Part shown: positions 19,052 to 28,200 of the stretch, piece by piece
Numbering within the stretch: position 1 is the stretch's first letter
Layout: the number at the start of each line of letters is the position of its first letter
NCBI GenBank assembly: GCA_013204395.1
Contig: JABMNZ010000003.1
Location: forward strand, 13,570 to 77,569
DNA length: 64,000 nt
Origin: Parcubacteria group bacterium
GTDB lineage: Bacteria; Patescibacteriota; Patescibacteriia; UBA9934; GWF2-40-263
Reading direction: 5' to 3'
Made by a program: the position numbers and the translations under genes
The notes under the pieces: model-generated
The model's database searches: none
What the model saw: only the letters and a program-made list of their open reading frames with translations
Told to the model about the DNA's origin: nothing

Positions 19052-20448
19052 AAGGAAGCATTTTCACGCATCCATCTCTGAAGCCTGTAAGTAGCAATCA
19101 CGTCATCTTCGTTATACTCCATAATCTTTTGGAGGATTTTAGGCTTCTTTGTCTTCAACCACTCCTCAAACCACATGACAGAGTTTGCCCCTGACGCATC
19201 CGAAGACCGCCAGGTGAAACCAATGTAATTGGCAATATCTTTCAAGGCGTAAAATGAGAGCGGAAAAATCACGGCTGGACGCACCACATTTAAGATATCA
19301 ATCATATTACGCTCAAGGGCTTCACGAGCAATCTCGCTAATGCCATAGCGTAAGGCAAACCGTTGAACCACTTCATGCTCAAACCATCCGTAGTGATAAA
19401 TAGGTGCATCAAGATGTCTTTCAACAAACTCCACAAATTCCGCCCACATCTCCCCTTCTTGCTCGGGACTCTCTGCAAAAAATGAATGATAAGTCTGCTG
19501 TCCCTTTTCAACAACCAAAACTCCAAATAAATAATCAAAATCACGCAACGGATCAGACTCGATGTCAAAAAAGACTTCAATGGACGCTTCGGGTAACTCC
19601 ACATTGGAACGAATCATGTGACGATTCTCCACAATAGAGATCGCCTGGTCCCGCATCGTCTCTAGTCTGCCAGTGCTAACATCTGGAACAATCAATTCAA
19701 GTTCCGATATGGTTTTCACCGCAAGCTGGCGAATGGTTTCAATACCGGCCGCTGAAAGGCGGCGCACTTCCTCGCGCCACACTCGATTCAAAAGCGACAG
19801 ATCATCACATCCCTCAGACTCATCGCGACATTCAGAAAACCACGGCGACTGCTTACATCCTGATGTCACAAAATGTGCCGGGCGCTTCCCCGCAATAATT
19901 TTTTCTATTTCCGTCAGAGTAAGTTCGTATTGACCCTCGAACTGCTCTATGTGATAAGGCATAACCTTATTCTCAGGATTTATCACATATCCCATCACCG
20001 GCTTTGTGTTTTGAATGCGCTCAAGCAGCTCAGCATAAAAACACCCTTGAAACTTATGATCATCGCGCAACTGACGCGTGCGTTTAATATCAGCAGCAAT
20101 ATAATAATAATCTCCAAAGCGAGAACGCCCCTCTACTTTCTCCAACATGTCAGGGTGCCCAACCCAATGCTTATCTACAAGTACCCCGTGATAGATCGAC
20201 TGGCGACCCTCTGCCATAAACGCGAGCGTCTGATTAAACGCCTCCTCTGGATCCTCTGCCGTCACCTCGACCAAATCCTCCCGATCAGAAATCAGATCTC
20301 GTTCCTTACCTTCAATCATTCCATCATTCTGAAGCTTGTGCATAAGCGCCTGATGCGGACGTGCCTCATCTACATGCACATCAAAATAGACCCAGTTTGG
20401 GCACTTAAGATATTGATAAAACGTTCGCTCTGTAATTTGTCCTTTCAT
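19048..20448 (-). CDS. TM0106-family RecB-like nuclease with an RNase H-like C-terminal domain
   Basis: GHPDML...ADIK, FFDIESDP, IYHYG, YALKDIA, YNEDDVIAT; start trimmed to ATG 20448. Confidence 0.88.
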   Translation of the reverse strand: MKGQITERTFYQYLKCPNWVYFDVHVDEARPHQALMHKLQNDGMIEGKERDLISDREDLVEVTAEDPEEAFNQTLAFMAEGRQSIYHGVLVDKHWVGHPDMLEKVEGRSRFGDYYYIAADIKRTRQLRDDHKFQGCFYAELLERIQNTKPVMGYVINPENKVMPYHIEQFEGQYELTLTEIEKIIAGKRPAHFVTSGCKQSPWFSECRDESEGCDDLSLLNRVWREEVRRLSAAGIETIRQLAVKTISELELIVPDVSTGRLETMRDQAISIVENRHMIRSNVELPEASIEVFFDIESDPLRDFDYLFGVLVVEKGQQTYHSFFAESPEQEGEMWAEFVEFVERHLDAPIYHYGWFEHEVVQRFALRYGISEIAREALERNMIDILNVVRPAVIFPLSFYALKDIANYIGFTWRSSDASGANSVMWFEEWLKTKKPKILQKIMEYNEDDVIATYRLQRWMRENASL

Positions 20449-20722
20449 GAACTTATTATAACAAAGGCTACCAGCAAGGCCCAGGCCAAGGTGCAAAAAA
20501 CCTAGGCGGGTCGGAAGCTTAGCTTCCGACATTGCGACTTTATTTCAAATAATCAGCTTAAAACAAAAATCATGCATTCAATGCACGATTCGTGACTCAA
20601 CCCAGTATCAATTGTTGCATTCAATGCACAGGTTGGTCAGCAGGTTTGTACAGATTTTTGCGACGTTGTTTCATTGACATGACCTCTCTCCTATGGCTTA
20701 CTTCCCTCGGAATGGAGAAAAG

Positions 20723-22162
20723 ATGAAACCCAACCCAAGAGACCGAGCCTTCCTCATGGCCCTGGATTCGATGAATGATCCCCACCTCCCGTGGGGACTG
20801 CGATTCTCCATTTTGCAGGACGATATTCCGGAAGGATACTTCGTCCGAAATGGTCACAGCGAATTCATGCGCCATTTCTGGGCAACGCTCTCACTCGCAC
20901 TCCCTGGCTCTGCACTGGAAATGCGTCTATTTGAGAAGCTCTCGCTGCCAAACATGGGTGCAGTTCCAACCTGGATCTCCGTGTGCGGACCCACGAGCTG
21001 GCCGGTGTTCTGGGTACACGTCATCCTGCGCAGCGATGCGCGGGGAGGAATTCACACCCTGGCCGTGCAGCGTCTACGCACCGTGACCGGAGGTACCGCC
21101 GAGCTTTGCACCGCCGCAACAGAACTCGCCAGACAAGACGGCAACGAGCAGCTCGTCGCACGACTGCGCACTGAGGCCATAGAAGTCGCAACAGACTGGT
21201 GGGAATGGAAGTTGATCATCGGCATGGAAACGGACGTGAGCGCGGATGCCCGCGTCAAAGCCCTCCAGCAACTTCGAGAGCTTCCAGTGGAGCGTGACGG
21301 GCTCGAACCATCCCTCAGCACAGCCGATCCAGAAGTCAGGCTGATCGTGATCGATCGTCTGCTCGAGACCTTCCCCGAGCGACCGGACCTCTGGCGGAGG
21401 CGATTCCTGACGGTTAGTCCGCCTGATGAACGCTACCAATGCTGGATCAAGTTCCTGTCGGTGACCCCCCCAGCCCATGAGCTGACAACCGTTCTGTTCC
21501 ACGTCTGGAACAACAAGCCAGAGCGCGCACGGTGCCTGGAGGCCATCGAACACCTCGATGCACAATGCCCTGCGTGGATCTATGCGCACTCTGCCAGCTA
21601 CGGAGCGCCCCACGATGACCCCAAGCTTCACTCCATCAGAGAGGTGATCTGGCAACGGATCTTCGCCACGGCACAGTCCTGCCATGACTGGTGCCAGTTG
21701 ACCAGGTTCATGAGAAGGCGCCACGAACAAGGCCACCCTCTCGTGAACGAAGCTTTCGAGAAGGCCCTAGATCTGGCCGAAAACTTCGAAGAGCTCTCGG
21801 ACGTGTACAGCCTCTGCCTGCATGAAGTGGCAGATGGCCATCATCGGCGAACCGAACACGACCCAGCGCGCGCACAGGTCATCCAAGGACTCCTTGTTCG
21901 GATGGAAGAGATTGGAGCCTTTTGGGACTACTGGAACGGACATCATCTACTGATGTCCGACAGGCTCTCCAGGATCGTTTGCTTGGCCAGCACCCCGTCA
22001 CAGATGGGGTTGGTCTACAACAGGCACTTCCAACTGCCTTACCAACGTGATGACAATCGAGAGCTCTACGACGAGCTTCTGCGACGCATGCACGCTGCTG
22101 GGCCCTCGTTGGTCACCAGCTTCCTTCCCAAACCAGCAACCGAGGCTCAACCCCGAACCTAA
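20723..22162 (+). CDS. Orphan all-helical (HEAT/TPR-like) hypothetical protein
   Basis: Long GC-richer ORF; GGAG SD before ATG 20723; TTGACA at 20674; Trp-containing helical repeats. Confidence 0.7.
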   Translation: MKPNPRDRAFLMALDSMNDPHLPWGLRFSILQDDIPEGYFVRNGHSEFMRHFWATLSLALPGSALEMRLFEKLSLPNMGAVPTWISVCGPTSWPVFWVHVILRSDARGGIHTLAVQRLRTVTGGTAELCTAATELARQDGNEQLVARLRTEAIEVATDWWEWKLIIGMETDVSADARVKALQQLRELPVERDGLEPSLSTADPEVRLIVIDRLLETFPERPDLWRRRFLTVSPPDERYQCWIKFLSVTPPAHELTTVLFHVWNNKPERARCLEAIEHLDAQCPAWIYAHSASYGAPHDDPKLHSIREVIWQRIFATAQSCHDWCQLTRFMRRRHEQGHPLVNEAFEKALDLAENFEELSDVYSLCLHEVADGHHRRTEHDPARAQVIQGLLVRMEEIGAFWDYWNGHHLLMSDRLSRIVCLASTPSQMGLVYNRHFQLPYQRDDNRELYDELLRRMHAAGPSLVTSFLPKPATEAQPRT

Positions 22163-22186
22163 CGCCGACCTCTCCTTAGAGGTCTC

Positions 22187-22210
22187 CCCGCCAACGCAGG
22201 CGGGTTTTTT
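22187..22210 (+). terminator. Intrinsic terminator
   Basis: CCCGCC-AACGCA-GGCGGG followed by a T tract. Confidence 0.8.
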
Positions 22211-22281
22211 CTTACAAAAAAATCACGGGCTCGATGCCCATGATTTTTCCTTCACCACCCCCACCTCCCTGGGTCCACCCC

Positions 22282-22361
22282 GGCGACTCAGACAGCGGAA
22301 CAACTTTGAGTCGGCAATATGCGACCGATCTCACAAGTTCGTTCCGATGGCTGAGGTCGCC
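22282..22361 (+). repeat. Bulged-hairpin repeat family, copy 1
   Basis: GGCGACTCAGACAGCGGAAC-AACTTTGAGTCGG-CAATATGCGA-CCGATCTCACAAGTT-CGTTCCGATGGCTGAGGTCGCC. Confidence 0.92.
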
Positions 22362-22384
22362 CAATCATAGAGAGAAAGTCAGTC

Positions 22385-23512
22385 TCATCGATAATCAGCC
22401 GGCTCATAAACATTACGAGCATTCCAAAGAATCCACCCACCAGCACCTGCGTCACGAGCCGCCCTAATTTGCGACTCGATCAACTCCGCCGTGTAGTACG
22501 CTCCGATATCAAAGTCCTGTAACCAAGGCCGTGATTTTGCACGCAAATCTTCTTCCGTTCCAGACCAAACTCCTGCGATAAGATCGGCTCCTTCATCTAG
22601 CGACATTTTCACAATCTCATAAGGGTTCTCTGCTGGATTTGCGTACCCCTTGAATCCATTTGGATAATGACTTGGATACACCATAGGTGAAATCCAATCT
22701 GCGTACGGCAGGGCGTCCACAAACCGCTGACCAATATTAAAATCATCGTAAGACCAATACGTCATCCCAAATAAATCGAATGACACGGGTACCTGTTGAT
22801 CACGTAACGTTCCCCCTACTTTTTTGAAAAACTCCTGCATGACTTCCTCCTTACTCCTTACCCCGTCATACACGGGGTAAACAATCGCATGGACGGCCCC
22901 ATCAGAAGCAAAACGAACGTAATCAAACTGAATCTCATCGAATCCGGCTGCGTACAGTTCTAATCCTAAATCGATTGCGTAGTCAGCCACCTCTGGTGCT
23001 GCCGGGTCCACCCAAACAGACCCAATGCTGTCGAGCCAAAATGCACCCGAAGCTGTTCGCATGGCAATCTCAGGATGGGCATAAGCAAAAGCCCCGTCAC
23101 GCATAACAGCCACACGAGCAATACGATACACGTCCGCCTCATATAACTTATCAAGTACATCTTCAAATTTTTCTATATCAATTAACTCGCCGTCATCCAT
23201 CTTTACATCGATAACCACTGAGTTAAGTCCTGTTTCCAACATATAAGCCAGCAGTTGGTCTGCACGATGTGATCTGGCGGTATATGCCGTCCAATATATC
23301 CCCCGAACCTCATCTGGAGTGCTTATATGAATATCCTCCTCTTGTTCAACCTCATCGAGACCGAGCTCAGGGATTTCCACCTCGCCACTTTGCACAGGAA
23401 CATCCTCAGAAAATTCTTCAACATCGACATAGAATCCAACAACAAACGGAATCGCTACAAGTGCAACTAAAAACACAGGCACCCCTACGGCAATCCTGTG
23501 TTTTCTTTCCAT
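22385..23512 (-). CDS. Putative glycoside hydrolase (DUF4015-like)
   Basis: LNSVVIDVK, GFDEIQFDYVRF, PMVYPSHY, RPWLQDF, WILWNARN. Confidence 0.88.
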   Translation of the reverse strand: MERKHRIAVGVPVFLVALVAIPFVVGFYVDVEEFSEDVPVQSGEVEIPELGLDEVEQEEDIHISTPDEVRGIYWTAYTARSHRADQLLAYMLETGLNSVVIDVKMDDGELIDIEKFEDVLDKLYEADVYRIARVAVMRDGAFAYAHPEIAMRTASGAFWLDSIGSVWVDPAAPEVADYAIDLGLELYAAGFDEIQFDYVRFASDGAVHAIVYPVYDGVRSKEEVMQEFFKKVGGTLRDQQVPVSFDLFGMTYWSYDDFNIGQRFVDALPYADWISPMVYPSHYPNGFKGYANPAENPYEIVKMSLDEGADLIAGVWSGTEEDLRAKSRPWLQDFDIGAYYTAELIESQIRAARDAGAGGWILWNARNVYEPADYR

Positions 23513-23513
23513 A

Positions 23514-24119
23514 TTATTGTTTGTCTTCCACCGCGACAGTTGTCATGGTGTCTCCAATGGCGATTGCGTCCACAACTTCCAATCCTTCTGTCACGCGTCC
23601 AAAGATTGTATAGGCCTTTGGCAATGGCACATCGCCCAACATAATGAAGAACTGAGAACCATTGGTATTAGGACCAGCATTGGCCATAGCCACTATCCCG
23701 CGCTCGTATTGATAATTATCTTTCAGCTCGTCTTCAAACCTGTATCCAGGACCACCTGATCCTGTTCCATTTGGATCCCCTCCCTGAATCACGAAACCTT
23801 CTTCGCGACGATGAAAGGTTAGACCATTGTAGTATCCACCTTCTGTGAGATACACAAAGTTGGAGACGGTTAATGGCGCTGTATCAGCAAAGAGCTCAAA
23901 AACAATGTCGCCCTTTTCTGTACTTAGCCGAATCTGCTTGTTTTCTATTTTCTCCCCCTCGAGCGCTCCTTGGAACGCCCATGCCTCTGACACGGTTTCT
24001 TCTACCACAACTTCTTGATCATTAATGATTATTACTTCCGCTTCCTCCGGAACTGATGTACACCCTCCACCCGCTAGCACCACAACGGCAGCCAGCGACA
24101 CAAGAACAAATCGTTTCAT
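23514..24119 (-). CDS. Cyclophilin-type peptidyl-prolyl isomerase (lipoprotein)
   Basis: FHR, FVIQGGDP, AMANAGPNTNGSQFF; N-terminal LAGGGC. Confidence 0.93.
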   Translation of the reverse strand: MKRFVLVSLAAVVVLAGGGCTSVPEEAEVIIINDQEVVVEETVSEAWAFQGALEGEKIENKQIRLSTEKGDIVFELFADTAPLTVSNFVYLTEGGYYNGLTFHRREEGFVIQGGDPNGTGSGGPGYRFEDELKDNYQYERGIVAMANAGPNTNGSQFFIMLGDVPLPKAYTIFGRVTEGLEVVDAIAIGDTMTTVAVEDKQ

Positions 24120-24133
24120 ACTTAGCGTCTAAG

Positions 24134-24724
24134 TTAATTCAGATAAGAGCGCCCAGCTTGGATAATATCAGCTAAACCAAGTTGAGCAATTGCTGTATCC
24201 AAGGACGGCCCCCCGAAGATTACGACCACAGATAGGATAGCGATCACGAATGACAGCACGCCTACAAGCTTTCCAACTTTCATTGGCATGTGGTCACAGT
24301 TGCGACAAGTTCCAATGTAAACGATCTTTCGTAATACTTCAACTGGCTTGTCGTTGGAGGTTAATTTTGTTTCGCTAACCGCCATGACTGGCATATTGTT
24401 CTCCAATGCCTCTTCAATAACCTGATCGACAACAGCCTCTACATCAATTTTTTCTTTTGCAATTGACTTTGATACAACAGCCTTCTTTTTAGCTACTGTC
24501 TTTTTCTTTGCCGGAGCCTTCTTCTTGGCAACAGTCTTTTTAACAACCACCTTCTTTTTAGGTGCAGCTTTTCCGGCGGAGCCGGATCCCGCTGTGCGGG
24601 GCTTTTTTGCTACGGCTGGTTTTTTAGCCGAGCGCTTTTTTGCAGCTGGCTTTCCGGCGGAGCCGGACCTGGCTACGCCTGGCTTTTTTGCCGCCGCTTT
24701 GGGAGCCTTCTTTTTTGTAGGCAT
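24134..24724 (-). CDS. Histone H1-like Lys/Ala-rich protein with CxxC and a C-terminal TM helix
   Basis: MPTKKKAPKAAAKK... repeats; CRNC; hydrophobic C-terminal helix; start trimmed to 24724. Confidence 0.7.
   Translation of the reverse strand: MPTKKKAPKAAAKKPGVARSGSAGKPAAKKRSAKKPAVAKKPRTAGSGSAGKAAPKKKVVVKKTVAKKKAPAKKKTVAKKKAVVSKSIAKEKIDVEAVVDQVIEEALENNMPVMAVSETKLTSNDKPVEVLRKIVYIGTCRNCDHMPMKVGKLVGVLSFVIAILSVVVIFGGPSLDTAIAQLGLADIIQAGRSYLN
24572..24601 (-). repeat. 30-nt in-frame palindrome-derived insert (PRTAGSGSAG)
   Basis: TCCGGCGGAGCCGGATCCCGCTGTGCGGGG on the + strand; first 15 nt shared with the other two copies. Confidence 0.85.
24653..24682 (-). repeat. 30-nt in-frame palindrome-derived insert (PGVARSGSAG)
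   Basis: TCCGGCGGAGCCGGACCTGGCTACGCCTGG on the + strand. Confidence 0.85.
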
Positions 24725-24783
24725 AAGAGTGCTCTCTCGAGTTACCCCGAGAAATAATGAACGATTAAAAAATATTATTTCCA

Positions 24784-25239
24784 TTATAGCACACGGCTCA
24801 CCGGCACCACTAATGTTGAGCCGGAAAACTCGATCTGTGCGCTCACAGATCCACTCGTGAGATCAAAGTTCGTTGCCAGTGGCAGCCATGTAAGTGTGTT
24901 TCGATTGAATTGATACAGCACCACTTCTGTTACATCCACACTCTCATCAATAAAAAATGTAAGTTCACCCCGCTCAAGTTGACCACTATCAAGTATGAGT
25001 TCATATGCCGGTCCAATCACACCATCTACGCCAACTTGCACATCCTTAAGTCGTTCGATTGTCACGTCAGCGGCACTACGAGTAAGTCCAGTGACCTGAA
25101 CCACCCCATCAGATGACCCAGCAACAAGTTGCTCGGGTGCTGATGACAAGAAAAAGAAAATGCTACCAAACAAAACCATCGCGACGACAATCGCGATGGA
25201 AGCCTGACCCTCTTTTTTCTTCCTCCCTACCATACCCAC
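24784..25239 (-). CDS. Hypothetical membrane-anchored protein
   Basis: N-terminal KKKEGQASIAI plus TM; beta-rich C-terminus. Confidence 0.7.
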   Translation of the reverse strand: MGMVGRKKKEGQASIAIVVAMVLFGSIFFFLSSAPEQLVAGSSDGVVQVTGLTRSAADVTIERLKDVQVGVDGVIGPAYELILDSGQLERGELTFFIDESVDVTEVVLYQFNRNTLTWLPLATNFDLTSGSVSAQIEFSGSTLVVPVSRVL

Positions 25240-25248
25240 CTATTATAC

Positions 25249-26316
25249 CTACTCTTCCCAAGGAAGTCCCGTTCGTCCAAAATGTCCGTATGTTGCTGTC
25301 GATTGATACACTGGTTTAAGAAGATCGAGCCTCTCAACAATCGCCTCGGGCCTAAAATCAAATTGCTGAGTAATCAGTTTAGTGAGATCTCCGGCGGAGC
25401 CGGACCCGGCTCCGCCGGGCATTTTTGCCCCCTTAGACTTCACACCAATACCAGAGGCATGGATATGCACGGGCTCAGCACGCCCCATGGAATACACCAA
25501 GTTAACCATGGCGGCTGATGCCAACTCTTGATCCACTATATAACGCGCTGCATAGCGAGCCATGTAAGCCCCTGCGCGATCCACCTTCCCAGGATTTTTT
25601 CCTGAAAATGAGCTGCCACCATGAGGAATTAACCCCCCATAAGTATCTACATTCGACTTGCGTCCATTCGCTCCTGAGTCCGCCTTGAATCCCGCCTCAG
25701 TAAATGAACCAATTGGATTGATAAGTAATTGAGTTCCATCTTCTCCCACAACAGGAATAAGCAAACGTTCCAAAAGTGCAGTCTGCACATCTTTTTCTGC
25801 AACACTCACTTGATGACTGGCACACACCGTGACCCCAGTAACTTTCTCACGCTCCATCACCACCTGAACTTTGCCATCTGGTTTGAGCCAAGAGAACATA
25901 GGATCTCCGCGACGCAGATCATCGAGTCTTCGCGCCAAAGCGTGTGCGTACACCACAGCGCGTGGCAAACGCTCGCGCGTTTCACTCGTAGCGTAACCAT
26001 TAATGATCATGTTGTCCGTTGCGCCGTTTTTCACGCGCTTCATTTCTTCGGACTGAGTCTCAATGTTTACGAAGACTTCTATGTCATCGTTGTAACCAAT
26101 GTCTTTGTAAATCTTCTGAGCAAGAGCTCCAAGATCAAAATCCGCTGTAGACGTCACCTCCCCACCTATCATCATCATGCCATGGCTTCCCATCACATTG
26201 AGATCCACCTGCGCCTGAGGGTCTCGACGCAAATACTCGTCCACAATGGCATCAGCGATTTGATCGCAAACTTTGTCTGGATGTCCCTGTGTAACTGATT
26301 CAACGGTCTTTTTCAT
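25249..26316 (-). CDS. metK: S-adenosylmethionine synthetase (divergent)
   Basis: ESVTQGHPDKVCDQI, KPDGK, GRKSNVDTYGG, KVDRAGAY, YGHFGR. Confidence 0.9.
   Translation of the reverse strand: MKKTVESVTQGHPDKVCDQIADAIVDEYLRRDPQAQVDLNVMGSHGMMMIGGEVTSTADFDLGALAQKIYKDIGYNDDIEVFVNIETQSEEMKRVKNGATDNMIINGYATSETRERLPRAVVYAHALARRLDDLRRGDPMFSWLKPDGKVQVVMEREKVTGVTVCASHQVSVAEKDVQTALLERLLIPVVGEDGTQLLINPIGSFTEAGFKADSGANGRKSNVDTYGGLIPHGGSSFSGKNPGKVDRAGAYMARYAARYIVDQELASAAMVNLVYSMGRAEPVHIHASGIGVKSKGAKMPGGAGSGSAGDLTKLITQQFDFRPEAIVERLDLLKPVYQSTATYGHFGRTGLPWEE
25390..25419 (-). repeat. 30-nt in-frame palindrome inside metK (PGGAGSGSAG)
   Basis: CCGGCGGAGCCGG-AC-CCGGCTCCGCCGG, a perfect 13-bp inverted repeat. 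Confidence 0.9.
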
Positions 26317-26428
26317 AGCGACCGCAGGTTATCAAAATCAGGCCTCTGAATCAACGGATAAGCTGTGCGGGACATGTTGACAAGTAATAAACAAAGGAGT
26401 CAAATATCGATTGCATTCCTCCTGCGAC

Positions 26429-27007
26429 ATGGAAAGGCCATTGAACGTGACGAATTCCGAAGCTGCTCCCCCATTCCTGACTAGAACCGAAGCCTTCGAC
26501 CGCTCGGAGTACGAACCCTTCTACCTGGTGATTGGCATCATCTGCTTTACCATGGGCATCGCAGCCTTGCTGCAAGTTGGACTATTCACAGGTACAACCA
26601 ACCTGATCAAGTGGGCAACAGGTATCAGTGCACTTGTGAGCGCGGTTCTCCTGCTGAGCAAGGCTGTCTGGTCCTGGTACACCGGCAAACACCTGGCTTA
26701 CAAGATCTTCGTCTTACTCTGCCAAGAGAAAGATCTGCTTGGACAGGGCAACATCCTCCAAGCGTCACTCGATCAAATCGTGATGCTTCGAAAGGTACTG
26801 AGCAAGCACCAAACGAACATGACATACGAACAGAACATGCACTTGCTCGGCGAAGTCACTCTCTTCGAGGTTGAGTGCCAAGTCATCAGGGCAAAGCTCC
26901 ACGCAGAGCAAGCCGCCCGGCTACAACAGGCATTCAAGGCAAGTAGACACGACCCACCTTGGGTGAACTTCACTGACACGGCCAAACAGGCATCTGTGAG
27001 CGTCTAG
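26429..27007 (+). CDS. Orphan 2-TM plus coiled-coil protein (paralog of 27108-27647)
   Basis: TTGACA at 26377; start ATG 26429 or GTG 26447 after GAAAGG; terminator follows. Confidence 0.7.
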   Translation: MERPLNVTNSEAAPPFLTRTEAFDRSEYEPFYLVIGIICFTMGIAALLQVGLFTGTTNLIKWATGISALVSAVLLLSKAVWSWYTGKHLAYKIFVLLCQEKDLLGQGNILQASLDQIVMLRKVLSKHQTNMTYEQNMHLLGEVTLFEVECQVIRAKLHAEQAARLQQAFKASRHDPPWVNFTDTAKQASVSV

Positions 27008-27015
27008 CTCACCAC

Positions 27016-27040
27016 GACCCCGACACGGAGGGTCTTTTTT
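27016..27040 (+). terminator. Intrinsic terminator (near-duplicate of 27997-28021)
   Basis: GACCCCGACACGGAGGGTCTTTTTT. Confidence 0.8.
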
Positions 27041-27107
27041 CTTTGACAAATTAAGCCCATGAGAGTGAAGTGCCCGCGACGCACCTAAACGCGGCAGAAA
27101 GGCCACT

Positions 27108-27647
27108 ATGTCTGAGAGTCTCCCCCTGCAGTCCTTCACCACCTTCACCTCCGAAACAGAGATGAAGGCCCGTTACAACTGGGACTTCTTGATGTTTGCC
27201 GCGCTCATGCCACTGCTCTCAGGTCTGTTCTACGCGACAGCCAGAGACACTGGAAGCTTCAACTCGGAGATCCTCCTCATCTCCATTCCGTTGATGGCCA
27301 TCCCGTTCTTCTTGGCGGCAGCGCTGTGGGTTTTCTTGCGAGGAGACCATCATCAGTACAGCACGTTCGTCGAACTGTGCCAGCCTGACAATCTCCTGAA
27401 AAGAGGTGATGCACTGCTCATGCAGCAGAGAAGTCTCGTGGCACAAGAGAGGGTCTTGACCCTGCTGGAAGAAGGCTACGGCCCCAGTCAAGAGTTGACT
27501 GAAGCACGTGCTCAACTGGAAGCACAGATGGCCCGCCACGCAACTCGCGTCACGGAACTCGCTCGTCAGCAGGACTATCTCCTGCGACAAGCGTTCAAAG
27601 CAGCTGGCAAGAACCCACGGTTCCTGAGAGAGCCAACGCCAACGTGA
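27108..27647 (+). CDS. Orphan 2-TM plus coiled-coil protein
   Basis: TTGACA at 27043; GAAAGG SD; shares F-V-x-LCQ-x-x-x-LL and QAFKA with the upstream gene. Confidence 0.7.
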   Translation: MSESLPLQSFTTFTSETEMKARYNWDFLMFAALMPLLSGLFYATARDTGSFNSEILLISIPLMAIPFFLAAALWVFLRGDHHQYSTFVELCQPDNLLKRGDALLMQQRSLVAQERVLTLLEEGYGPSQELTEARAQLEAQMARHATRVTELARQQDYLLRQAFKAAGKNPRFLREPTPT

Positions 27648-27704
27648 ACACCTGGTCACAAGCCTGACCAACACTGACCCCGAACAGACACAGAAAGGCA
27701 CCCC

Positions 27705-27971
27705 ATGTCCGAACAGGTAATAGACGCAGCCACACTCCGCACCGCCTTCATGAAGTCCCTCAGGAACTCCCTGGTGGTAGCGCTGATCATCGCTGCGGGA
27801 ATGGTCTACCTGAAACTCACCTACTCGCCCACAGAGAACCAGGAGGCCTATGGAATCACCATGGGCTCCGGAGGCTTGTTCCTGACCATCGTCACTCTTC
27901 ACGCGCTCGGAAACTGCTTCTTGTACTGGACTCACCCAGTACGAAAGGGATCCATCCCGTCTTCTGAGTGA
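27705..27971 (+). CDS. Small 2-TM hypothetical protein
   Basis: GAAAGG SD; two hydrophobic helices; terminator follows. Confidence 0.65.
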   Translation: MSEQVIDAATLRTAFMKSLRNSLVVALIIAAGMVYLKLTYSPTENQEAYGITMGSGGLFLTIVTLHALGNCFLYWTHPVRKGSIPSSE

Positions 27972-27996
27972 GACGAACTCCTCGCTCAACACACCT

Positions 27997-28021
27997 GACC
28001 CCCATACGGAGGGTCTTTTTT
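27997..28021 (+). terminator. Intrinsic terminator
   Basis: GACCCCCATACGGAGGGTCTTTTTT. Confidence 0.8.
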
Positions 28022-28086
28022 CTTATATAGAACATCTACAACCCCAACCCACCAAACAAAACGTCGACCCACCACGGGCCACCCAA

Positions 28087-28164
28087 GAGGAATGAGCGTC
28101 GACACAACTTTGAGTCGGCAACACGCGACCGATCTCACAAGTTCGTGCCGACGATCAGTTCCTC
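28087..28164 (+). repeat. Bulged-hairpin repeat family, copy 2
   Basis: GAGGAATGAGCGTCGACAC-AACTTTGAGTCGG-CAACACGCGA-CCGATCTCACAAGTT-CGTGCCGACGATCAGTTCCTC. Confidence 0.92.
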
Positions 28165-28200
28165 CAAAGCCTTCACATCGACTTATCCCCACCACACCCC

